Below are positions 28,189-36,457 of a stretch of 64,000 nt of DNA, piece by piece. The DNA is taken from sequence record NC_061448.1; one strand, given 5' to 3'. The position numbers were made by a program, and so were the translations under genes. Numbering within the stretch: position 1 is the stretch's first letter; each line of letters opens with the position of its first letter. The notes below the pieces were generated by a model that did no database searches, was not told the DNA's origin, and saw only the letters and a program-made list of their open reading frames with translations.

Positions 28189-28526
28189 TGGACATTCTCA
28201 AAGCATTCCTGAACAGTCCGTTTTGGGCCAGCCCGGCCTCAGCGTTCGTCGTGCCTGTCGTGCTTATCGGTTTCTTTATCACGACCGAGTATCTTGAGCG
28301 CAGAACGTTTCGTTTGTCTCGCAAAGCATTCGCAGACGGCTGGGACCCGAAGAAGAACACACGCTTTCGTCACAAGTGGTTTCCATTCATGACGTGTCGC
28401 GTTGACTTCTATTCGAACAGTCCGAACGACAAGTTCACGCCGTCAGTATTCGTTCAAAGGGGTGGTGGGCGTTACGTTGAATTGCCCGCCTCTGTCTTAC
28501 GTTATCGCTATAACGAGATCAAATAA
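28188..28526 (+). CDS. small membrane-anchored protein
   Basis: N-terminal hydrophobic helix; TAATG coupling. Confidence 0.7.
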   Translation: MDILKAFLNSPFWASPASAFVVPVVLIGFFITTEYLERRTFRLSRKAFADGWDPKKNTRFRHKWFPFMTCRVDFYSNSPNDKFTPSVFVQRGGGRYVELPASVLRYRYNEIK

Positions 28527-28876
28527 TGCCTCCTGTAATTCGTTTCAACGAGCAAACCCGCGAACTGCTGAGAAAGACATTCGGCATTGATTCACCTTTC
28601 ATTGTCGTGCGTCGTGAGCGCATCATCGAAGACGATAAGCCTTTCGGTGAGCGTGTCTATTTGAACAACGGCATTTACACCGTGACCGTACCTAACGTAC
28701 AGGGTCTCGATCTCGGCGATAAGCTGTATCTCGCAGAAGATATGGAAGTGTATGAGTGGCACCCGCACTTCGGTCTTCATCCTACCATCTATCCTTCTGT
28801 AAGCAACAACCAGAAGACTGCGCTCTCATTCGGCCTTCATCCTATCATCTATCATAAAGACAGTCGGAACTCTTAA
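28526..28876 (+). CDS. hypothetical protein with a short internal repeat
   Basis: FGLHPTIY / FGLHPIIY. Confidence 0.7.
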   Translation: MPPVIRFNEQTRELLRKTFGIDSPFIVVRRERIIEDDKPFGERVYLNNGIYTVTVPNVQGLDLGDKLYLAEDMEVYEWHPHFGLHPTIYPSVSNNQKTALSFGLHPIIYHKDSRNS

Positions 28877-29979
28877 TGAACAAGCAACCTCTTGATCTGC
28901 GCGATCCAAATCAGTACGAAGTTTATTCTCTGCATTGCGTAGACGAACAGTACATCAACCTCGGTAACGCTATTCTGGCTTGTGGTACTGACGAGCACGA
29001 CAACGGCCGCACCAACGATTCGTGGCGTACTCTGATTGGCATCGGCTTCCAGTTATCTAACACGTTGATCGCTTTCCCTGCGTTGCTGTCTGCGCGTAAG
29101 AACTGGTACGCTGCTGTTGATGAAACCTGCTGGTTCATGCGCGGCGACACGAACATCAGTTCGCTCAACTCCAAAATCTGGGACAGCTGGGCAGACGAAG
29201 ACGGTGAGTGTGGTCCTATCTATGGTCTGATGTGGCGCATGTGGCCTGACATTAAAACGTTCCCGACTATTGAGTCGATGAAAGAGCGTCAGATCAGCGA
29301 TGCAGAAATCGAGCGCATCGCCAAAGAAATCAATCGCATGAAAGCGGCAGGCTACACTGAAACAGAAATGGCCGATGGTCGTGTATGCTACGAAGGTACG
29401 ATTGACCAGTTCGCTAATGCGCTGCGTGACGTTATGGATCGTTCGCGCTCCCGTCGTATTCGCGTTCAGGCATTCAACCCAGGCTATCAGCATATGCAGG
29501 GTCTGCCTCCGTGTCATACGGAGTTTGAGTTCAATGTGACTCAACCAACTCCGTATGAGATTGCTCAGATGGAGGCGCGTGGCATGGCATCTTCCGACGC
29601 ATCGTTGCATATCGTTGTGACCATGCGTTCCAATGATGTGCTGCTGGGGCGTCCCTTCAACATCATGGGCTACAGCGCAATGCACCAACTGATTGCCAAG
29701 TGGGCTGGGTTGAACGTCGGTAGCTTCACGCTCAACACGACGAACACGCACCTGTACACGCATCACTTCGAAGCGTTCGAACAGCAGAAGCAACAGTGGG
29801 CAGCGCTCAGTGATCTGATGAAGAAAACTGGTCAGCCTATTCAGTACCCGCTGCTCGAAATCAGCGACGACATTCTCGGCCTGACGCCGGAAGAGTTGTT
29901 GGACAACGCAAACGCCGAGTGGTTCCAACTTCTCGACTACTCCCCTGCACCAATGGTTAAAGGACGTGTGACCAAATGA
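28876..29979 (+). CDS. thyA: thymidylate synthase (ThyA/Td type)
   Basis: GPIYG, SRRI, LPPCH, MRSND, GRPFN, NTHLYTHH. Confidence 0.92.
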   Translation: MNKQPLDLRDPNQYEVYSLHCVDEQYINLGNAILACGTDEHDNGRTNDSWRTLIGIGFQLSNTLIAFPALLSARKNWYAAVDETCWFMRGDTNISSLNSKIWDSWADEDGECGPIYGLMWRMWPDIKTFPTIESMKERQISDAEIERIAKEINRMKAAGYTETEMADGRVCYEGTIDQFANALRDVMDRSRSRRIRVQAFNPGYQHMQGLPPCHTEFEFNVTQPTPYEIAQMEARGMASSDASLHIVVTMRSNDVLLGRPFNIMGYSAMHQLIAKWAGLNVGSFTLNTTNTHLYTHHFEAFEQQKQQWAALSDLMKKTGQPIQYPLLEISDDILGLTPEELLDNANAEWFQLLDYSPAPMVKGRVTK

Positions 29980-30617
29980 GCTTCATTCTGATTAAGCGCC
30001 TCAGTGCGTTCATGTACGTAGGCTACGCAGAGAAAGAGCTGTATATTCCTCGTCGTGGTGTTGAGCAAGTTCACGTTGTCATCCCTGACCCGAAAGGCGA
30101 CGACGAACCTATTCTGGACATGCGAGCGCGTTGCATCTATCATCTGCCGCACAACTGTTTCATTCTGCAAGCAACGCAGGACGACGAAGCCTCTGAGACA
30201 ATGTGTGCTATGAAGTCGCATTGTCAGTACAACGAAGGTCTGTTCCAGAAGTCAGTGCATGGTCGTGAACAAGCTGCCCTTAGCCTGATCATGAACGAAC
30301 TGCGCGATGCAGAAACAGACCATCCGACGTGGCCGGAAGAATGTATTCACGCTGCGTCTATCGTCGTCGAAGAAGCAGGTGAGTTGTTGCGTGACTGCGC
30401 TACGTTTGAAGAAAACGGTGATGAACGTCTGATCGTTAACATGCAGATGGAAGCGGTGCAGACAGGCGCAATGGCTGTGCGTTTCCTCAAGAATCTGCCG
30501 TTCAGCCAGAAGCGTACAATCCCGCACAACGCACTGCGTTCTATCCTCGATTCTGAAATGACACCAGAAGAACAACTGATCGAGTTGCGTCGTCTGGTGC
30601 AAAATGGAGTGAGCTAA
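29976..30617 (+). CDS. protein with a C-terminal MazG-like NTP pyrophosphohydrolase domain
   Basis: IVVEEAGELLRD...EAVQTGAMAVRFL. Confidence 0.6.
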   Translation: MSFILIKRLSAFMYVGYAEKELYIPRRGVEQVHVVIPDPKGDDEPILDMRARCIYHLPHNCFILQATQDDEASETMCAMKSHCQYNEGLFQKSVHGREQAALSLIMNELRDAETDHPTWPEECIHAASIVVEEAGELLRDCATFEENGDERLIVNMQMEAVQTGAMAVRFLKNLPFSQKRTIPHNALRSILDSEMTPEEQLIELRRLVQNGVS

Positions 30618-31507
30618 TGAAGCTATTAGGATATGCTGCATGTGGCGGCACACCCTTTCGTATTCTGCGCGTAGAAGACAATGGCCAACTCACTGACGGT
30701 ACACACGAACGTATTGACCTGTTCGGTTGTATCTTCACTAACGTTGACGTGTCACACGACATTGATACCGGTCTGGCTATTCTCGCTCTGCCTACAGCGA
30801 ATGACTGGCGTGTTAATCTGACCAACCCTATGTTCACTAAAGAGTACATGGACTGGTTCAATGGCTACTCGCCGACAATCGAAGTCCTGCTCGATGCACA
30901 CAAGCTGAAAGCACTTCTGCCTAACATCACGCAGGAGTTTGACCAGTTCGTTGCGTGGCTGAAAGAGCAAGTAGCGAAGATGCCTACGCTCGAAGTTGTC
31001 TTTGATCGTGACACACTGAAAGCGGTTAAGACAGGAAACAAGTACGACATTTGGATGTTGTACAAACACTACCTGATGGTCGACGGCAATCTGATTGTGA
31101 CGCGCAACCCTGAAGGCGATGTTATCTTCCACGATGCGCACATCTCTGAAAAGGGTACGCAGCATTGGTTGCTTGAGCACAACAAAGAGATGATGCGCCT
31201 TGCAGCGGAAAACGATCTGCTTGCAGCGTACATCACTTTCGGCGTTGACCGTGGCAGACCTAACTACCAGTACACGTTCGTTGCGCACGATGGTGGCTAC
31301 ATGCACCGTCCAGTAGATGATGCAGAGTTCACGCACATCTCAATTCGCGGTCAGAGGCCTGTCGTGTTGTTCAAAGATGAAGGTGCTAATCTGAATCTCA
31401 CTGTCAACATCGACCAGCACTTCCCGCAGAAGTATCTGGACTTCACGCGTACTGCTCGCCCTACCATCGGCTACAATCACGCGCTGAATCTGATTCGTTT
31501 CATCTGA
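30617..31507 (+). CDS. hypothetical protein
   Basis: 296 aa, TAATG coupling. Confidence 0.75.
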   Translation: MKLLGYAACGGTPFRILRVEDNGQLTDGTHERIDLFGCIFTNVDVSHDIDTGLAILALPTANDWRVNLTNPMFTKEYMDWFNGYSPTIEVLLDAHKLKALLPNITQEFDQFVAWLKEQVAKMPTLEVVFDRDTLKAVKTGNKYDIWMLYKHYLMVDGNLIVTRNPEGDVIFHDAHISEKGTQHWLLEHNKEMMRLAAENDLLAAYITFGVDRGRPNYQYTFVAHDGGYMHRPVDDAEFTHISIRGQRPVVLFKDEGANLNLTVNIDQHFPQKYLDFTRTARPTIGYNHALNLIRFI

Positions 31508-31557
31508 GGCGCTGTCTCTTGTTCAGCATAATTTAAGTGTCTAACAGGAGACTTGCC

Positions 31558-31893
31558 ATGAAATATGATCCGAAGAAAGACTTCCATCCCTTCCAGTATC
31601 TGGGCGCGCCTAAAGTTCCGCACACAGGCTTCTTAGGCAGTACAGTGAACTTAGTCGAGAACGACGTAAACATCGGTCAAGACGAATGCACGTTTGAGTT
31701 CACTGTCGCCCAGATGAATGAGATGGACAGAGGTACTGTTACGTTCCGGGCGAAAGACTCGGGCGGAGGTATCGACATTAAGAAATGCTCGGTCTCTGGT
31801 CTGAAAATGGTAATTAAGCTGGACCGTCGCGTTGTACAGTTCGGCAAAGTTCAGGTCGAATGGCAAACGACACCCCGACACTATTACTACTAA
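31558..31893 (+). CDS. hypothetical beta-rich protein
   Basis: AGGAG SD; start corrected. Confidence 0.7.
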   Translation: MKYDPKKDFHPFQYLGAPKVPHTGFLGSTVNLVENDVNIGQDECTFEFTVAQMNEMDRGTVTFRAKDSGGGIDIKKCSVSGLKMVIKLDRRVVQFGKVQVEWQTTPRHYYY

Positions 31894-31903
31894 TCTGTAA
31901 AGA
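31892..31903 (+). promoter_or_regulatory. AATCTGTAAAG motif (putative promoter) before the ParB-MTase pair
   Basis: about 32 nt before ATG 31936. Confidence 0.5.
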
Positions 31904-31935
31904 CAGAGAAAGAGCAACCGATAAGAGATACGACA

Positions 31936-32640
31936 ATGGCAAAAACTGCTATCAAAGCAAAGGACGGAAAAAAGAAAGACGGGTTGAAGTTTGATCTCAA
32001 AAAACTCAACTCAGTCGCTCAACTGAAAGGCGCTGACTATAACCCGCGTTTCATTACAGACAGTCGCTTGAAAGCACTCGAAGGTTCTTTGGGTAGCTTC
32101 GGCGACTTGTCTGGTATCGTGTTTAACAACAACGTCAAATCCGGTGTGTTGATCTCAGGCCACCAGCGTCTGAAATCTATCGACGGTTGGAAGACTCGTA
32201 TCGAGATCCAAAAGACCGTTGACAAACACGGCACTATCGCTCTGGGCTACATCCACGCGACGCATCCGAAGAAGTCTGATAAAGTGATCAGCATTCCTCT
32301 GCGTATCGTGAACTGGACCGATAAGAAAGCGGAGTACGCAGCGAACATCGCAGCGAACGCCCACGGCGGTGAGTTCGATAACAAGAAGCTCGCCAAGCTG
32401 GTGGAAAAACTCGATCTCAACACAATCAAGCCGCAGTTACTCGGCCTTGACCCGTTAGAGATTCGCGGTCTGCAACAAAAGCTGAAAGTACAGGCTGTTG
32501 TGCAAGACGACAAACGCGCTGGCAAGACTACCGGCCAGATGAACGGTAGTACCGGTAAGTTCAATGAGTACAACGCTGACGATGTTGGCGATACTCTGAA
32601 CTGCACCTGCCCGCGCTGTGGATTTAAGTTCGAGGGATAA
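31936..32640 (+). CDS. ParB/Sulfiredoxin-like N-terminal domain protein with a C-terminal zinc ribbon
   Basis: YNPRFI, SLGSFG, ISGHQRL, NAHGGEFD, CTCPRCGFKF. Confidence 0.8.
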   Translation: MAKTAIKAKDGKKKDGLKFDLKKLNSVAQLKGADYNPRFITDSRLKALEGSLGSFGDLSGIVFNNNVKSGVLISGHQRLKSIDGWKTRIEIQKTVDKHGTIALGYIHATHPKKSDKVISIPLRIVNWTDKKAEYAANIAANAHGGEFDNKKLAKLVEKLDLNTIKPQLLGLDPLEIRGLQQKLKVQAVVQDDKRAGKTTGQMNGSTGKFNEYNADDVGDTLNCTCPRCGFKFEG

Positions 32641-32641
32641 T

Positions 32642-34771
32642 ATGATCATCAAGCCGCCTACGATGAAGGAAATCAACAAGCTGGATAAACCCTGGCGTGG
32701 TATGAGTTTCTTCGCAGGTTGCGGTGGTTCTTCTACCGGTCACAAGATGGCCGGTATCAATATCTTGCTGAGTAACGAGTTTGTTGACCCAGCAAGAGAG
32801 TCATACGAAGCGAACCACCCGACAACGAAAGTGCTGCCTCATGACATTCGCCGCCTCGACCCCGGTAAGCTGTTACGTTACTGCGGTCTGGATAAAGGTG
32901 AACTTGATTTACTTGACGGTAGTCCTCCTTGCTTTACCGAAGACACTATCATTCATACAGCAGACGGCATGAAGTTCATCTCGGACATGAACGTCGGCGA
33001 CAGAGCGATGACCAGTGTCGGGCAGTATTACCCTGTATACGACACAATGGTCAGACCGTATGTCGGTACGATGCACAAAGTCGAAACGCTGATCAGCAGC
33101 AACAACGCAACGCCTGAGCATCCGTTCTTTGTTAGACGTGCGCTGGCGGAAGGCGGTTACTCTGATCCGTTCTGGTGTGATGCGAAAGACGTGCAAGAAG
33201 GCGACTTGCTTGGCACTCCTCGCGTTACGCCTGATCAACAGCCGGGCGTGTATTACGATCAGATTGCGCAACTGCCGAAGATGATTCAGCAGTGGGTGTG
33301 CATCCCTGAGTTCTGGTGGATGGTAGGACACTGGTGTGATCGCGGTTCAATCGAAACAGTTAGCGGCGTTGAAGTCGTTAGCTTCGAATCGCACACCAGC
33401 CTTGAAAACGCGATGATTGAGCAGGCGTTTGACGCGCTTAAACTCAGTAGCCTGAATCGCATTGACACGATGACTGCGCAACGCAAAACGTTCCGTACTG
33501 TTATCGACGCAGAGCTGGTGCAGTTCTTACGCCGCTTCGTCAGTCAAGGCAACAACACGTTCTCCCGTCGTCTGCCAGCAATGATGTTCCACATGAACAC
33601 CGAGTTGAAACAACAATTCATTCTCGGTTGTGCGGGGCATGACTATGTGACTGCGATGGGCACTGGCCTTGCTATCACATCAAACAGCAAACGCTTCCTG
33701 CTTGAGCTTAACTACCTGTGCTGTTCTGCATTCAATCGTCCTCTGTTTGACGGAATGATTTGGGGAGATGTTTACTTCGGTAGTCCACTGACGCCGCGCG
33801 AGCGTAACAGTTCGCGTGAGCACATCGGCTACCTGTTCTTGCAGGACGAGCACAACTTCTTCCACGAGTTCAGCGATAGCGATTCACATCTCTGGACCGA
33901 AGTGATTGAGAACCTTGCGTATCAGGCAACGTGCGACGTGTACAACTTCTCTGTTGAAACAGACGAAACGTATGTGGCTAACGGTGTTGTCGTTCACAAC
34001 TGCAAAGGCTTCTCGACTGCTGGCGTGAAAGAAGAAGGCTGGGGCAAAGAAGTTAAGTACAGCGACAATAAATATCAGCAGGTAGATGACCTGTTCGATC
34101 AGTATTGTCGTATGCTGCAAGGTATGCAGCCTAAAGTGTTCACTGCGGAAAACGTTAGTGGTCTTGTGAAGGGAATCTCGAAAGGGTACTTCCTTGAGAT
34201 CATGAAGACGTTCGACAAGCTCGGCTACTACGTGCGAGCACCGATGTTGAATGCGTGTTGGCTCGGTGTACCGCAGTCGCGTGAGCGTATCATCTTCATG
34301 GGTGTGCGCAAAGACGTAGCACATGCGCTTGGTTATAAAAATGCGCGTGAAGCTGTGCCTGATGTTATCCCGTGCGATACGCAAGCCTTCCTCGGCGATG
34401 CGTTGCCTCACATCTTACGATACAAGACGACGCAGAAAGACCTGATCAAGTATCTGCCCTCAGTTAACGGACCGATGCCAACGATTACAGCGTCTGATGC
34501 AATCGCGTATGAAACAGCGCGTTTCTCGTCTGCTGGGTTTATCGAAGACAACAAAGGTCATCGCCGTAAACTGACTATCGACGAACTGCTGGTAGTTTCG
34601 GGAATGCCGTCTGACTATAAGCTGGTTGGCAAATTCGAAGAACAGTGGGAACGTCTTGGTCGTGTCTGTGTGCCAGCAATGACACACGCAGCATCGAAGG
34701 CTTTCATCGAACATATTCTTTTGCCTTACGCGAAGAAGAAAAAGAAAAAGCCAGGCGATATATTTAAGTAA
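32642..34771 (+). CDS. C5-cytosine DNA methyltransferase-fold enzyme with an intein; predicted carboxymethyltransferase (CmoX-like)
   Basis: Motif I FAGCGG, IV SPP-C-KGFS after splicing, VI ENV, VIII QSRERI, IX RKLTIDE...GMPSDY, X LGRVCVP (Arg at the canonical GN Asn). Confidence 0.88.
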   Translation: MIIKPPTMKEINKLDKPWRGMSFFAGCGGSSTGHKMAGINILLSNEFVDPARESYEANHPTTKVLPHDIRRLDPGKLLRYCGLDKGELDLLDGSPPCFTEDTIIHTADGMKFISDMNVGDRAMTSVGQYYPVYDTMVRPYVGTMHKVETLISSNNATPEHPFFVRRALAEGGYSDPFWCDAKDVQEGDLLGTPRVTPDQQPGVYYDQIAQLPKMIQQWVCIPEFWWMVGHWCDRGSIETVSGVEVVSFESHTSLENAMIEQAFDALKLSSLNRIDTMTAQRKTFRTVIDAELVQFLRRFVSQGNNTFSRRLPAMMFHMNTELKQQFILGCAGHDYVTAMGTGLAITSNSKRFLLELNYLCCSAFNRPLFDGMIWGDVYFGSPLTPRERNSSREHIGYLFLQDEHNFFHEFSDSDSHLWTEVIENLAYQATCDVYNFSVETDETYVANGVVVHNCKGFSTAGVKEEGWGKEVKYSDNKYQQVDDLFDQYCRMLQGMQPKVFTAENVSGLVKGISKGYFLEIMKTFDKLGYYVRAPMLNACWLGVPQSRERIIFMGVRKDVAHALGYKNAREAVPDVIPCDTQAFLGDALPHILRYKTTQKDLIKYLPSVNGPMPTITASDAIAYETARFSSAGFIEDNKGHRRKLTIDELLVVSGMPSDYKLVGKFEEQWERLGRVCVPAMTHAASKAFIEHILLPYAKKKKKKPGDIFK
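32930..34000 (+). mobile_element. 357-aa intein inserted just before the catalytic Cys; degenerate LAGLIDADG-like region
   Basis: Block A CFTEDTIIHTADG, block B ATPEHPF, relics MVGHWCDRGSI and FILGCAGHD, blocks F/G VYNFSVETDETYVANGVVVHN, +1 Cys. Confidence 0.92.
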
Positions 34772-34779
34772 GGGCGTGT

Positions 34780-34884
34780 ATGTTCTATGCAGGGTTAGGA
34801 ATAGGCATCGTGATTGGAATCGTCCTCACGTTGTTCTGTCTGTGGTTTTTCTTCCTGAAGGACTTCGCGGTATTCAGACCGTGA
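34780..34884 (+). CDS. 34-aa single-TM membrane peptide (not in the ORF track)
   Basis: MFYAGLGIGIVIGIVLTLFCLWFFFLKDFAVFRP; AAGGG SD. Confidence 0.5.
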   Translation: MFYAGLGIGIVIGIVLTLFCLWFFFLKDFAVFRP

Positions 34885-34917
34885 TCAACGAGGACAAGGA
34901 CGTCCGGGAGAATTGAA

Positions 34918-35478
34918 ATGTCATACTGTTTAGTTCGTTCAATGATGATTGCGCATGTGCAAGATGGCCAGCTGGTTTGTTCTAAGTACAAGATCAAACT
35001 CGGTGGCGATAACTCAACGCATTTGTTCAACTTCATGCACCGCATCTTCTTTGAGTTCAATGGGCACATCCTGTTGGAAGACGAAGCGGACCGTGACCTG
35101 ATGCCTACGCTTAACTATCGCAAGATGGCCAAAGTGCTCGAAGGTAATGGCAGCGTGTTCAGTCGTATCGTTCAGCTCGCGTTAAAGCATGGCGTTAACT
35201 GTCGTCTGGTCAATTGCTTCAAAGACAGCGACGTGGGCTTCATGTTCTATTTGCTGCAACCTACCGCAGTCGCCTGTCAGATTCTTGAGACAGACAAAGA
35301 AGAACTGATTGGCAAAACGTTGCTGGTGGGTGCAGACACTGACGTTGATTACGTTGGTCGCAATATCGTGCCTGTTATCTGCGATGAAAACTTCGACGTG
35401 GATGACAAGCTGTTAGGCAACAACATGTTCTCGCTGTACGATGATAGCAGCAAGCTCATGGTAATGGTCGGTAAGTAA
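34918..35478 (+). CDS. hypothetical protein
   Basis: GGAG SD. Confidence 0.7.
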   Translation: MSYCLVRSMMIAHVQDGQLVCSKYKIKLGGDNSTHLFNFMHRIFFEFNGHILLEDEADRDLMPTLNYRKMAKVLEGNGSVFSRIVQLALKHGVNCRLVNCFKDSDVGFMFYLLQPTAVACQILETDKEELIGKTLLVGADTDVDYVGRNIVPVICDENFDVDDKLLGNNMFSLYDDSSKLMVMVGK

Positions 35479-35479
35479 C

Positions 35480-35647
35480 ATGATACGCTACCCGATAATC
35501 TTCTTCGCTACATGGATTCTGGTAGCGTACTCATTATCGACAATGGACGTTACTTACGAATGGTGTGAGAAGATTGGCATGGTGTCTGGTGCTGTTCTCA
35601 CGCACTTTGAAATGAAATGGCAGCGCTTCATTAAGGAGCATTGCTGA
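35480..35647 (+). CDS. 55-aa membrane or secreted peptide (not in the ORF track)
   Basis: MIRYPIIFFATWILVAYSLST...; begins 1 nt after the upstream stop. Confidence 0.5.
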   Translation: MIRYPIIFFATWILVAYSLSTMDVTYEWCEKIGMVSGAVLTHFEMKWQRFIKEHC

Positions 35648-35720
35648 AACCCGCCGAGTGATCGGCATCTCGGTGTGTAGCACAAACGTGACTGCACCCT
35701 CTACCTAAAAGGTATGTACT

Positions 35721-36389
35721 ATGACTAAGCAACACACTTCGTATTCTTCTGCTTTTGCAATCGGTGAAATGGCTCTGCTGTCTCTCGATAACTTCGGTGA
35801 GAACAAAGTACCGTACGGCGTTATTGAAGGCTGCATGTTCTACGGCGAGCAGCGCATGTTTCGCGTCAGTCTGTTTGTGAACGACGGATCAGAGAACAAG
35901 CCGTCAGCGTTCCTGCATCAGGGTCGTCCTGTTGACGGTTTCCTTGCAGACGATCTGAAAGCTATCACCGACTATCAGTACGCAGACCACATTGGTCATG
36001 TCGGCCGCTTCGAAGATCCAAAGCACGAAGCTATCGGTGACACTCAGTTCAAGACAGGTCAGCTGGTAGAAGTTGATATTGACCTTGAGATTCCGGGTGA
36101 GTACGACAAGTTCAACATCCCTGTGATGATCACTGGTGTTACTTACGTTGAAGGTAAAGTGCTGTACGAAGTGAGCATTCAACGTGCTTACTACGTTGAT
36201 GGTCGTATCACTGGTGGACGTCTGGTGCGTGATACTCTCAGCAACATCGACAGCATCTATATCAAGCCTATGCACGGCTGGCCGAAGACCTGTCTCGAAA
36301 CAAAAGATGACTTTCGCCTGAACGGTACTGTCACTGGTCGTGTGAGTTGTGCGACTGAAAACCAGAGCGCTGAACCGCGTTCTAAGTAA
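35721..36389 (+). CDS. hypothetical protein with two tandem SH3-like repeats
   Basis: FAIGEMALL...FRVSL vs FKTGQLVEV...YEVSI. Confidence 0.7.
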   Translation: MTKQHTSYSSAFAIGEMALLSLDNFGENKVPYGVIEGCMFYGEQRMFRVSLFVNDGSENKPSAFLHQGRPVDGFLADDLKAITDYQYADHIGHVGRFEDPKHEAIGDTQFKTGQLVEVDIDLEIPGEYDKFNIPVMITGVTYVEGKVLYEVSIQRAYYVDGRITGGRLVRDTLSNIDSIYIKPMHGWPKTCLETKDDFRLNGTVTGRVSCATENQSAEPRSK

Positions 36390-36396
36390 CATCATG

Positions 36397-36421
36397 TGGG
36401 TGGCTTCGGTCGCCCATTTTT
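36397..36421 (+). terminator. intrinsic terminator
   Basis: TGGGTGGC-TTCG-GTCGCCCA-TTTTT. Confidence 0.85.
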
Positions 36422-36429
36422 GTATCTGA

Positions 36430-36441
36430 ATACTGTAAATA
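36430..36441 (+). promoter_or_regulatory. ATACTGTAAATA motif (putative promoter)
   Basis: directly after the terminator, 16 nt before ATG 36458. Confidence 0.55.
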
Positions 36442-36457
36442 TCTGACAGGAGGAAAC

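Noticed and set aside
29053-29928. Long antisense ORFs in the track (also 2377-2940, 21909-22580, 46525-47100, 62310-63020, 63393-63860 and others)
   Set aside because: They shadow well-supported genes on the other strand, have no SD or motifs, and are expected from the codon bias.
28876-29979. Thymidylate synthase as a dCMP/dUMP hydroxymethylase feeding the glycosyltransferase
   Set aside because: It keeps GRPFN (Asn, dUMP-specific) and the full ThyA motif set. dCMP hydroxymethylases have Asp at this position.
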